Positions 1 through 13,500 of a DNA stretch of 64,000 nt are shown piece by piece. The position numbers were made by a program, and so were the translations under genes. The stretch's first letter is position 1; the number at the start of each line of letters is the position of its first letter. The stretch covers positions 29,078,001-29,142,000 of the forward strand of contig NC_086379.1 in assembly GCF_036588685.1 (NCBI RefSeq), written 5' to 3'. The notes below the pieces were generated by a model. That model searched no databases, was not told the origin of the DNA, and saw nothing but the letters and a program-made list of their open reading frames with translations. Origin of the DNA: Mytilus trossulus (lineage: Eukaryota).

Positions 1-198
1 TTCTCCTCACTACTCCCCTCGCTTTTGCGCTGTGCGGTGGCCGGAATTTCATTGAAAGGTTTCTTGTTAAGGTCCTTCATTCAGGGAAAAGTCAACGAAT
101 TAGTGTACAGGAAGATTTTTTTTAAATAGCAGTACATTTATAAAGATTTTGATAATGTAGAGGAATTTTTTTTACAAGAAAGTTCACGTAAACATGTT

Positions 199-385
199 TA
201 CGGAGCACCTGAGATCACCCCTAGTTTTTGGTGGGGTTCATGTTGTTTATTCTTTAGTTTTCTATGTTGTGGCATGTGTACTATTGTTTTTCTGTTTGTC
301 TTTTTCATTTTTAGCCATGGTGTTGTCAGTTTGTTTTAGATTTACGAGTTTGACTGTCCCTTTGGTATCTTTGGTCCTTCTTTTA
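199..385 (+). repeat. Interspersed repeat (cggagcacctgagatcacccc...), explains ORF 194-388
   Basis: Recognised from memory as a common mussel repeat. The T-rich low-complexity reading gives a spurious hydrophobic ORF. Confidence 0.55.
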
Positions 386-660
386 TAGTAAAACTTAGCC
401 ATTAAAGTATATAAACCAATTTCAACTTCTTTTTAATGTGATGTTGCATATAAAATTGAGAAAGGAAATGGTGAACGTGTCAAAGCGACAACGACCCGAC
501 CATAGAGCAGACAACAGCCGAATTGACATTTTAATAACGCTCGACATCGTCGCGCGAGTTTATTCTTGTCATTGAGCGAACTTCAAATATATACCTTGTT
601 ATAATAAGGTATATAGGAATTTTTTTCTGAGACAAGTGCCTGTGTGTTTATTGTAAAGAT

Positions 661-2606
661 TAACCAGATGCTCCGCAGGGCGTAGCTTTATACGACCGCA
701 GAGGTTGAACCCTGAACAGTTGGGGCAAGTATGGACACAACATTCAAGCTGGATTCCGCTCTAAATTTGGATTGTGATTAAATAGTTGACACAGCATAGG
801 TTTCTGACACAGAATGAATGTATTCAAATGAACTTAAAATTTTTGTTTTCTCTTAGAGCAGTTCACTATGCTGTTGAATATTAATCCTCTCAAAAAAATG
901 TTTGAAGAAATTCTTTTTATTTATGAAATTTCAAATGAGAAAAATTGAACCCAATTTTTTAATCACATCCCCCTTTCCCTTATTCCAAAACTAATTTCAA
1001 TTAAAATATTCTAATGGAGTTTGCAACAATTACTACTCATTTAAATACATCATAAAATATTAAGATGTAAAAAAACTGCTTGTTATCACTGAATGGTAAA
1101 GATTATTTAAATTTATCAGTTGGTAGTAAAAAGTGAATATACATTGTATATTGTATATAACAAAGATTTAAGTTGATTCTGGACAAAGAAAGATAACTCC
1201 AATTAAAAATATTTCTTGCAGATATTTCTTGCTTACTATACTGGACAAAGAAAGATAACTCTTAATTAAAAAAAAAATTGCTATTTCACAATATTGTGAA
1301 ATTAGATATTTCTTGCCATTGCACAATACTGTGCAATTGAAAAGACTTGCTATTGCACAATACTTAATATAATAATTTTAGATCCTGATTTGGACCAACT
1401 TGAAAACTGGGCCCATAATCAAAAATCTAAGTACATGTTTAGATTCAGCATATCAAAGAGGCCCAAGAATTTAATTTTTGTTAAAATCAAACTAAGTTTA
1501 ATTTTGGACCCTTTGCACTTTAATTTAGACCAATTTTAAAACTGGACCAAAAATTAAGAATCTACATACACAGTTAGATTTGGCATATCAAAGAACCCCA
1601 ATTATTCAATTTTTGATGAAATCAAACAATGTTTAATTTTGGACCTCGATTTGGGCCAACTTGAAAACTGGGCCAATAATCAAAAATCTAAGTACATTTT
1701 TAGATTCAGCATATCAAAGAACCCAAAGGTTTCAATTTTTGTTAAAATCAAACTAAGTTTAATTTTGGACCCTTTGGACCTTAATGTAGACCAATTTGAA
1801 AACGGGACCAAAAATTAAGAATCTACATACACAGTTAGATTCGGCATATTAAAGAACCCCCAATAAACAATTTTGATGAAATCAAACAAAATTTAATTTT
1901 GGACCCTTTGGGCCCCTTTTTCCTTAACTGTTGGGACCAAAACTCCCAAAATCAATACCAACCTTCCTTTAATAGTCATAAACCTTGTGTTTAAATTTCA
2001 TAGATTTCTATTTACTTATACTAACGCTATGGTGCGAAAACCAAGAAAAATGCTTATTTGGGTCCCTTTTTGGCCCCTAATTCCTAAACTGTTGGGACCG
2101 AAACTCCCAAAATCAATACCAACCTTCCTTTTGTGGTCATAAACATTGTGTTTAAATTTCATTGATTTCTATTTACTTTAACTAAAGTAATTGTGCGAAA
2201 ACCAAGAATAATGCTTATTTGGGCCCTTTTTTGGCCCCTAATTCCTAAACTGTTGAAACCAAAACTCCCAAAATCAATCCCAACCTTTCTTTTGTGGTCA
2301 TAAACCTTGTGTCAAAATTTCATAGATTTCTATTAACTTAAACTAAAGTTATAGTGCGAAAACCAAGAAAATGCTTATTTGGGCCCTTTTTGGCCCCTAA
2401 TTCCTAAAATATTGGGACCAAATCTCCTAAAATCAATACCAGCCTTCCTTTTATGGTCATAAACCTTGTGTTAAAATTTCATAGATTTCTATTCACTTTT
2501 ACTAAAGTTAGAGTGCGAAAACTAAAAGTATTCGGACGACGACGACGACGCCAATGTGATAGCAATATACGACGAAAATTTTTTCAAAATTTGCGGTCGT
2601 ATAAAA
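661..2606 (-). mobile_element. Non-autonomous Helentron-type element (HINE) with internal satellite arrays
   Basis: Subterminal inverted repeats tttatacgaccgca (~688) / tgcggtcgtataaa (~2592), terminal hairpin, (GAC)n microsatellite at ~2536, internal ~260-bp and ~160-bp tandem units, T/A-rich insertion site. Confidence 0.8.
1385..2520. repeat. Two adjacent tandem arrays inside the HINE: 2 x ~260 bp (dimeric) and ~4 x ~160 bp
   Basis: caacttgaaaactggg recurs in units starting ~1391 and ~1651. ctgttgggacc-like anchors at 1928, 2089, 2250 and 2409. Confidence 0.9.
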
Positions 2607-4534
2607 AAAGGTCAAATGAGCATATGTATTTTACCAACAAGACAGCGATTAGCAAGGAAACTATTTAACAATAGTATCATAGTTATCAATAACTTTATGT
2701 TCACAGATTTGACTCAAATTCTAATATATTGTTTATAACAATGTTAAGTATTTTTCCAAACTATCAAAAGTAGAAAATAAACAATCTATCGGACATGGTC
2801 TCAATAAGATGTAGCTTCGTTTCGTAAGAATTTAGCCAAGACGCCATCTAATTAACTATCGAGTAGACCTTCTATGACCATATAAGCAATGAAAACATAA
2901 ACATAGATATAAATAGATTAAGCAGCTCGTGCAATTAGATTTTTATAGGTCTGTTAAATTTTGTTTTATAAATTATAAATTCACGTTTATCGTCGTTTTT
3001 ATCTTTATAAGAAAAAAATTTTGTGGATCGTATTAGTCAATCAAATTATTTAACTTTTTTTTGTTTCACTTTCAATGTTGACATTCTTTTCCTTTAAATA
3101 CCCGTACACTGGCAATGCATGTGAATTATATCTTTTTCTATGGGATTAAATTGGAGTTCACATGAATACTGATTTAATGAGGTCGATTTTTTCACTTGCG
3201 AGTGAATAATTCATTATCAATGTTTATTTGCTTTATTTGACAAAATTGAACCATTTAGCTAATAAAAGGAAATATTACTTTACTATTTCACTTTCATTAA
3301 TGATTGGGGGAAAAAAAACATATTTCAGATTTTTTTTATATATCTCTTACCTGGTGCTCCTTTAACACTGAAAGACAAATACAAAAAAAAATGTACTCTA
3401 AAAATCTTAAATCATGTCCACGATACTGCTTTAAATTGAAGGCACATAGTTAGTATAATACAAAAATAAATTAATCTTTAAATTATGTCTGTTTTTTTCA
3501 CTGTTCATTGTTAATATAATGGAATTTTACTCGACTGTCATATAAATGAGAGGTTTAGCTAGACATAGAACCAGGTTTAATCCAACATTTTTTACATACT
3601 AGTAATTAAATGCTTATATCAGGTCAGGAATATGACAGATGTTATCCATTCGTTTGATGCGGTTGAGCTTTGGGTTTTGTCAATTGCTTAAGTACTTCTT
3701 TCCCTCTAAAATGTTCCTCAGAGTTCGGTATTTTTGTTCTAATTTTTTAGGCTAAAAGGTTCAATTGATAAAATGCCTGTGGAGAACTTCATTCAAAAGC
3801 TTCATTTTAAGAAGAAACCCTTCTCAATGATTTCATTCAAAACTTGAGCACGTACAAATTGTATCAACTATAAGACATAATTCTATTATGATGATAAGAT
3901 TAGTTTTTAACATCCACTAGCAAATATTGCATACATATCATGGCGAGGATGTATTAATGTGATATGAATGAGAACCTGCTTCAAGGTTAATCGGATCAAA
4001 ATGTTTAACTTGTTATACGATATATCGATATTTAAATTAGAATGTGTAATGTTGTCCTGTGTCCTGATGTTTTATGTTGGTGATTTAGTCCTCACTGGTG
4101 TGTCCTGATATGTGTGTTTCCAAAGTATTGGAACTGCAATAAATCAACCATTAGTTTATGTTGCTTCATTTTTCATTTATACATCATATGTTCCTTTAAA
4201 GGTATTTTATTTTGATTTTTATTGCAAATATTGTTCAAATTTGCTCCACGAAATTATCTTGCTGTGGATTAGAAAAATGATCCTGGTTCTGTGCACCCAT
4301 CTATAGCCTGGTTTTGTGCCTTTTAACTGGAACATATATATTGATGTACTGAGCCCAGATTTAAAAATTTGTGTAAAAGTACCAACCTTTCAAGAATGAA
4401 GATTTTTGAATTTGAAAGATATCATGAACAGGAGCATGATGTTACGAATGGATTGGAACCAAAAAATGCTAAATAATTGCAAGACAGCTAGCTGAAAAGC
4501 AAAGTATCCTTAGTCTAAAATAAGCTATATCTTG

Positions 4535-4730
4535 TAAATAAACTCATCATAGATACCAGGACTAAATTTAGTATATACGCAAGACGAGCATTTCGTCTAA
4601 AAAAGACTCATCAGTGATGCTCGAATCCAAAAAAGTTGAAAAGCTTTGAGGACCAAAATTCCTAAAAGTCTTGTCAAATACAGCTAAGGTAATCTATGCC
4701 GGAGGTAGAAAAGCCTTAGTATTTAAAAAA
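4535..4730 (+). repeat. Interspersed repeat (taccagga...aagactcatcag)
   Basis: A second diverged copy lies at ~59940-60170. Confidence 0.6.
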
Positions 4731-5339
4731 ATAAAAACATTCATATCATTTCTTCATTATCTGTATTTACATTTTGATGTGCAGTTATTAGTTAAACATA
4801 GCTAGATTTTCCGAGATAAGAAAATATTCTAATTCTTACTCAGACCCCTATTTACAGTCTACAATTACGGCCCTCGCCTTCTTTGTAGTTACTTAATATG
4901 ACTATGAATGAGGAAGGACTACTTTTGTAGAATGTGTAGTGTTTTTTCTTTCTTTTTCTGTAGAATACTGTGTGTCTCTAAATCAAGACTGCAACCCAAT
5001 ATTGTTGCTGTAGTTTGATTGATTTATTTCTTTCATGTGCAAAAGTTCCAAAAGGTTATTTTCATTACTTGCTGCACTGCACCTTCCAACAGTAATTTTA
5101 CAAGTGTAATTTCTCACTGGAAAAGGAGGAAATTTTACAAAGTGCACATTCCCAAACATTTATTTTACCTACCTATAGTTTCTCTCAGGAAAAAGGGTCT
5201 ATGCAAGGGTGATAAGTATTCAAGAGGTTACTTTAGTAAAATAATAATAATATTTGATGAAAAAACATGCAGAAACTATGACCATTGTAAACTTAAGTGA
5301 AATCAAGTGAGTGCATAATGTAACTCAACAATAAATAAC

Positions 5340-7457
5340 ATTGTTATATTTTAAACCATTTATTTTTCCATGTCTATGATTGATGGTGTAAACACAATAT
5401 TAGACATGCATACCAACACCCATCTCACAATCACCCTCGACAAAATTCTACAGCCATGTTTTTTTTCACTAAAAAAGCAAGCATACAAAAAAAATCTGTA
5501 TTTAAAACTTTGTAGAAATCAGAAACATTCATACATATAATCATTTTTTCAAATCCAAGAAATTTTAAATTCTAAAATATTTCACACAATGAAATTTTTC
5601 TACTTAATCTGACAGCAGTTATGAAGCAGTATTCTTTTATTTGTGTAAATCATGATACAGAAAGAAGTAAAAATAAAAATTAAAATATTCAAAATGAAAA
5701 AAAATAAAATATTTTATATCATCTTATATGAATTTTTAGATAGTCCTTGTCAATTACCAAACTAAAATATGGTCAATGTTACAGAGTGTAGTTTTTTCAA
5801 ATATTTTTAACTTTCTCTTTACGATTATTTTGAATACTTTTAATTTCAAGAAATCCAAAATAATATTAAAATTTTCTGAACAAAAGTTTTATAAATGTAC
5901 TTTTAATAAATAGAAAGAACAATTCAAGGCTTAGAAAGTATCACAATTCAAAAGCTTAAAAAAGTATTTTTAATTAGTTTTAGAACACTTCATGGATATT
6001 CAATGCTTATCAAAATTATGTCGTTCCTTGCTACCAGTGTTTTCTCATTTTGAGTTATCTGCTTAAAAACCCCTTAAGAAATCTGCAATGTATATAATCA
6101 GTACATCTGGAGTTTATGATAATCTGAAGGCTAATTATCATTCATGAAATTAACCAAACATTGTTTTTATTTACCCTTATCAAAATTTTTAAATTTGTTT
6201 AAATGTATTCTCTTATGTCTCCCCTCAACCACAGCTGACTAAGCAAATAAAAAGAATATACATGATTTAAAACGCAAGATCTAATGTTATTAAAACTAAT
6301 GGTTTTAGTAAAAACTTAAAAGTAAAAACTCAAAAAACAAAACATCTAATTACTACAACTGAAATCGAATGGTTTTTCAACTTCTTTCCAACTCTTTAGA
6401 ATAAAATTACCGTTTACAATAAAATAACCGATCATTCATGACAGACACATGTTACCACGGTAACCACAAACATATAACATTAAAAGTCCTAATCAATATC
6501 ACAGAATACACTTCCATTTAATATAAATGTATACAAGTATCTGATTTTATATATCTATCTGTAGAAAAAATAATGCAAAAGCCTTTTAAAAGAAACTAAG
6601 GAGCTCTGCCGAAGGCTTGTATAATGTGCTTGACAATGTAAAAACTTGAGAAAAAAATTCCAAAATGTATCAATAGTTTAAAGAGTTAAAAAGTTTTAAG
6701 TATCAGAATCTCTTAAAAAACATTTGTAATCCATAATGTATTACATATTATTTTTAACTAATTTCCATTCCAATATCACTTTGTTTTTTTAAGATCACAA
6801 AACAGACATTTTTTTGCTTTCAATATTTGAGCGTGTAAATATTTCACTTGATAGCATATTTACATGGATTTTATTTAATTTTCAAAGATCATTAGAAATA
6901 ATAGTTCATAATTATCAGTCACAACTTTAAAAATGACATAAAAAAATAATTTGTAGATAAAAAAAACTCTTGAAATCTTTCTTCCGAGACAGGCTGTATG
7001 CAGTTCTGTGTCAATCTGGACACATAGAGATCTCTTTTGACTAGATAATATGTACATGCAATAAAGCACTTGTGTGACTATTTTTAAAATGCCTTCATTG
7101 TTAACCAAAGCTCTTTAACAAGGGAGATAATCAAATAACATTACAAATTGTCTCCCTTAGTAAAACTTTCTTTTTTTCCTCCTTATTATTAGACTGGTGA
7201 AGAAAGATCCTTTTAACATACTCCTTTAAAGACATATAAAAAAAAAGTAATATATAAAGCACTAAAATCATTTGTAGCTCTCCCTTTCTTCCAAATACTA
7301 AAATAAGTTTCATGAAAATATGAAAACAAATAATGAAAAAATGCAGTGTCCTATTGTCAAATGTTGACATCACAACACAGAAAATTTGTACCACTTTGAA
7401 AGATGGTCACATGATATAAGTTTTAGTATCACAACACTTAAAATACACTGTGGTTTA
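5340..7457 (-). other. Probable ~2.1-kb 3' UTR of DLG5
   Basis: AT-rich stretch after the stop with no recognisable interspersed repeats. AATAAA on the minus strand at 5359-5364 is followed by a U/GU-rich tract. Confidence 0.45.
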
Positions 7458-7558
7458 TCACAACACTGAAGGGACCCAAATGCCCTTTTTCTGCTCTGAC
7501 GATATCACTGTTTTTATCTGTTGATGCATCTCTGCAATGTTGCCACCTTGAATGACAG
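7458..7558 (-). CDS. DLG5: DLG5 last coding exon (VIQGGNIAEMHQQIKTVISSEQKKGIWVPSVL*)
   Basis: MAGUK C-terminal EQ...WVP motif, tandem stops TGA TAA. Confidence 0.95.
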
Positions 7559-10500
7559 CTGAAATAGAAATATTGATTTAAATGTCATATATTTCATCAA
7601 AAATTGCAAGAACATTACTTATTTATTCCTTAAGCGAAAATCTATACAAGATTGTAGTTGTTCATTTCATTAGCATTCTTCATCAAATTTAGCCCTTTTT
7701 TTATTGTTAAATAACTTGTCATTTTTTGAGAACTTATTTTATGGATTATGGCAAAATTGTATTTTTCATGAATATTTGTTTACATGGTTTAATTTGCATA
7801 CAATCAAAACCCAAATTTACTTTGTGACTTTTTAATTCTGGGGCCTAAATTGTGCTCTTGCTATCATTCCTAAATTGTTGTTTTCCTTTAAACTGACACT
7901 CGACTATGTTAATTCAATTCAAACTTTATAGACTGGGAAAGATTTGGTGCTTCGCATATTGTATAGACCCCAGAAGATCAAATGTTGGCCTCATCTTGTT
8001 ATTTTTTATGTTCGGTTGTTGTCTCCTTGATGTTTAACCCACATCTCCTTTTTTTCAATAATCAATGACATTTTGCAAGTCCTTACCCGAAAATTGGTGG
8101 TTATAGTCCTTTTCAAATTTCTGGAATTTTTCAAATATATCTTTGGCAGCTTTAGCATTTAACCTTTCTGCTAAAAACTGTGGATCACGTAATTCCCTGA
8201 AATTGAAAAATTGTCCATTATTTCACTCTAAAGATATCGAACAATCTATCACAAAAATAATAAAACATAGCTTTTAAAGTTGATATCATGTAAGTCTTAA
8301 ATTTCTTGACTGCTTTGCTTTATTTTCCTATTAAAAAGCAGATTACAAAATGACACAGTGGTTTGAATCTACTTGATCATAAAAGTTCAAATCGAACATC
8401 CTCATCTCAAATTAATTTATCAGATTGATAATTCTATATATTTCTGATTCTGTAAAGTGGAAAAAATCTCATGACAACATTATTATTCTTCAAAAATAAA
8501 TAATTTTACAGTATGTATTCAGGTTTGAAAGACTTTAAATGTCATCCTGGTTTACTATTTCTGTAACACATTTACATACCTTAACTGTTTGACAGATTTG
8601 TGTCTTGCAAATATTACAATAGGATATATATGTTGCCTGTGAAGTCTTTCTATAGATGATGGACTTCCATTTAGTAGGCTATGCATGCCCTGAAAAAAAG
8701 AGGATTAAAGATTAATATATTATGTATCAGATTCATCTTTGTCAGAATTATTACTATTGTACAAATCACAAGAACACATCCGCAAAATCCCAGGATATTA
8801 GAGCTTGGTTGAAAGTATGTAAACTGTTGTAGGGAGAATTTTCGTAAAAGATTTTATGTCTGGAGAATTTCAGAACAAGCATCAAAATTCATAGGTACTT
8901 GGATACAGGAAAACATTTTTAAGATCTCTCCTTTTTTTTATTTTTGCGTTTCTGTATACTATGGACATACTTATACTATAAATAAAGTGTATTTGCTATT
9001 AATTATCAATTTCAAGTTTCTTCTCCAAGGCAATCACTGCTTTTATATATATAGTCTCTATCAACACAAAAGTTATTGTACTGTCCATGAGTACTCTTAT
9101 GAAAAATACATGCAAGTTTAAAACCAGAAGTCTTGTATGACTTAAAAGTTGGTCTGATATTCCGGACGCCCTTTATTTTAGTTTTTCTCCCAAAATAACA
9201 CAACCTGAATAGTCATTAGAATAGATAACAAATGAGACTACGCATGGTACCTATAGAACACAGAGGCATGATGATTAATTTATTGTGGAAGGAAGAAGTG
9301 ACACACAAAATGAGGTCTTCTCATTTAAAAGTATAGATATTATTTTCATACAAAGATTAATAGATAAGTTTATAGATATGTAATAATTTTTAAAATCTAG
9401 ATATGAAATTTATCAGTATCAACAACAGATTTGAAATTAGCCAATTGAGTTAATTGAATATTTATCAAATATTTCTTTGTAATGTTCTAACCAAGAGATG
9501 ACCAATATATTATTATGAACAAGCACTACTTATTCACTGTCCATAAAATGTAAGATGAATAAATATGAAAACATAAAAAATTAAAATTCAAACATTTTTC
9601 CATAATTCATATTTTCATACCTTGTCGCTGATTTCATGAATACTTGTGACACGAATACACACAAAATGATCATCTTCCTGCCAATAATCAATATAGGTGC
9701 CGTCTGCTAGTCCTTGTTCCATTACTTGAACAGAGGCTTGCATCACAGCTAGAAAAAAAAATCATTTTTTTGTAACTAAGAAGTAAACACATATATCGAA
9801 TAAAAAGTAAGCATAAAAAAGTCTTTTTTATTAAAAATAAATAAATTTGACAGCAATCAAATGATATGTACTGCATCTTTGTTGTGTTTAAAATGTACAA
9901 TGTTTATAACTTTTAAGAATTATCTGTGACAAGACCATGTCCCAAATCAGGAGCCTGTAGTTCAGTGTTTGTACTTGGTTCACGTCTGTCATACTTTTTT
10001 TGGTAATTTGTTTTGGTTATAAATTAGACTGCAGGTAATTCTGTTTGAGTTGTTTCACACATTTCATGTCAGGGCATTTTATAACTGACTATATGATATG
10101 GCTTTTTTTCACTGATGGTTCCAGTACCGCTTAACCTTGTTTTAATATGTAAATCATAATAAAATCAGACAAAAATCAAATCACAAGTCGGCAAAAAAAA
10201 ACAAAATACTTGTTTACGTTATATGTCATTTCTTCTCGATTGCACAAGATAATAATATACAAAAAACTGATATTTGAAAGAAATCATCAGACATTATATA
10301 CCTGACCTTATACCTTAAATATTTTATAGCTGACTATGCGGTATCGGCTTTGCTCATTGTTGAAGGCCGTACGATTACCTGTAGTTGTTAATGTTTGTGT
10401 CATTTTCGTCTTTTGTGGATTGGAAATCTTCTTTTTTATATTATATACCTACCAGGTTGACAAGCTAAATATATGTCAGGAGATTCTGAGACTAGTTTTT

Positions 10501-13500
10501 TAATTAAAGGATCAGACAATGGTGCTAATAAAATCACAGGGCGTATCTTTTTACCTGAAAAATATAAATGTACAAATTAATTATAGTATAACAAGTTGTC
10601 TTATTTTTGATATTCAAATACGGCGATTAGTTATTCTTTTTATTACATTGGCAAATGGCTTTTTTAAATGAAATTAATGTAGAAAATGTAAGGAACTATA
10701 TCTTTTTCCTTCGCATTGACAATTTGTTTTGATCTGACGTTATCGACGTCTTGACAACGTCTATTGTTGTATGACGTCAGAGAGTGAAATAACCACGTTT
10801 ATTTCACATGTGAAATTATGGGTTTTTATTTAACTGGGAAATCAATGTAATTCATTTAATAAGTTTTTGTAATATATTACACAATGGATATGAATAGAAA
10901 ATGCATATGGTCACCATTATTTAATATGTAGTACTGATCTGAAAAATAAATCTTTCCTTTGTTTAGAAACAAGCACTTGTTCTGCAAGTGCATCATATGT
11001 GTGTCATGTACTTTTGATAATTTGTTGCTTAAATTGATGAAGTTTTAACAAGTCCAATAACTCTGCAATATCTAAATTTCTTTAAAGAAAGCTTTTTCAT
11101 GGAACCAGACACTGGGTAAAAATTTCTAAAGATTCAACATAAATAACATCACAATATGTGTTTGAAAAAGGATCAATATTATCAGAAATTTCACCATGGG
11201 TATCAAAACAACACTAAAATAGATGAAGCATTTGAATAATTTCATGATCCTTATCTTCAAAAATTTCAAACAAATTTTATCGAAACAAAATCATACTGCA
11301 TTTTGTAGATATCTTTTGTAGTTAAAATCTGCATGATGTATCAAAACAAATAGTTTCTAGTTTTTTATCCATTTAAATTTACTACAATAGAAATTTAAAC
11401 AGAATGTTTTTGCTATTGTACTTACATTCCATTCTTTCAATTTTGGTATATGTGTATACAGAAATATCTGAAAAGAAATAAAAAGACATATGCATGAGGA
11501 TTTACAAAACCATATAATATAAACTAAACAAACAAAATATACATTTTTATGATATGAATCTAATAAATTTGCAAATGAATACCTCTGTATATGAAGGTTT
11601 TACTTTTTTTAATACAACTCCTACTCATAGTTTTTTCTCTTTATTTACTATATGCGGACTCATTTTCCAATCCGAAGTCCCATTATTTTGATAAATGAAA
11701 TAGAAAGATATTTTTTCTCTTAAAGTAACTTTTTGAGATCTATTTGAAACTTGCTCATAATAAAGTGAAATGTATGAATTAAAAAATATAGATGAATAAG
11801 ACAAAATTTGAAATACTAATAGCATTTCACAAATCATGTACTAGTAAACCTACCATCTAACTGTGGGACTGAATCACTATTTAAAGAGGCATCAGAAAAG
11901 GAGTTGAATTCTCTGCTATCTTTGGAATTGTTTCTTTTATGTTTTCGTCTTTGAAGAAAGCTTCGCCTGACATTTCCTGACCCTCGTCTGGAACCTTTCA
12001 GGTCTTCAAATTCATTCTCTGACTGGCTTCTTTTTAAATTAAAATCATCTTCTAACCTGTAAATGAATGAGACTAAGTTCTCCTTTCTGATTTGTAAAAT
12101 ACATTTGCAGGATAAAAATCCTTTTTTTTCACAGTTTATACATAATATAGAACCCTATTTCAGATTATCAAACTCTTTCTTGGTATTGACGACTGGTAAT
12201 CTTCATACAAATTTGATTTGATTTGATTTTCAGTGTTTCAACGCCACTTTTAAGCACTTCTTAGTGCTATCTCGTGTCCACCAGTTTTTATTGGTGGAGG
12301 AAGCCTAAGGGCCCAGAAAAAACCACCAACCTTTAATAGGAAAACTGACAATCCTTGTCAATTTAGATTGGAGTCGAGTGATCCAATACACATTTGAAAA
12401 AATTGTTTGTTACTACAAAGGGATGACAGACACCTCAAAACAATACACCCTCTGTAACTTTGTTGCCTAAAGCGTACAAATTATAATTCTTGTGCTAAAT
12501 TTCTCTCAATAGAGGGCTCTTTCTTGCTTTATTCACTTTTGACTCTTATAAAGGTAAATCTAGAAATTAGCATGGAATGCAGGAATATGGATACATAATT
12601 TATATTCTATACCTTTCTTTACTTGGAATGGTTCCACATTTCTGTGTTTTTCTGCCCTCATCATCCACCAGCCATGCAAACCAATGACCTAGCTTGCCAT
12701 CATGAATTGTACTTTCAACCAATAAAATGTCATTTTTCTTGAAACTCAATTCTCCGTGATTATCAGCAGTGTGATCAAAATGGACTCTAACATGAAAATG
12801 GTCTCCTGGTTGATTGTAAACCTTCTTATATCCTGTAAGAAGAATAACAATTATATTAATGAAATTTTCCTTTGATATTACTGACTGATACTTTCTTTTC
12901 TCAACACAGTAGAGTGATATGAAAAATTATCCCAAGAAACTAAGGGCCCACATGCCTTGCCAATGAAATAAACAATGTTGTCATAGGTAAAATAGTACAA
13001 AATGTAATAAACCGTACCAGCTCAAGCAAGAAAATCAATTTAGTTGAGGTGACTAATGATAGTCTATATATATAATTATAAGCTGGAAATACTGGTGTCA
13101 CACAAAAAATTATGTACAATGATACTCAGTTTGTTGTATTGAACGGATATAATGCCTTGGATTACGCCCATGAGTTTATCCAAAAATAAGTCTTAGTAAA
13201 ATAGTATAATAATCATCTTTTCATGGTTAATATTTCAAAATCAATTAACATTAACTTTCAACCTGATATCCAGTTGAGATAGTTTCCCTTTAGTAAAAAA
13301 ATTAGGTGACAATTAGGTAACAGTATATAAGTCCACAAGGTACCGTGATTAGATAGTTTTTACTTAGTTAAGGACAGGTAACAATTAGGTTACAGTCAAT
13401 AAGTCCAAGCAGGTACCCAGTCCAGATAGTTAAGAAAACTTGACATTTAGGTAACAGCAAATATATAACTTACTGGCAGGATTATATTGTACTAGCATTC

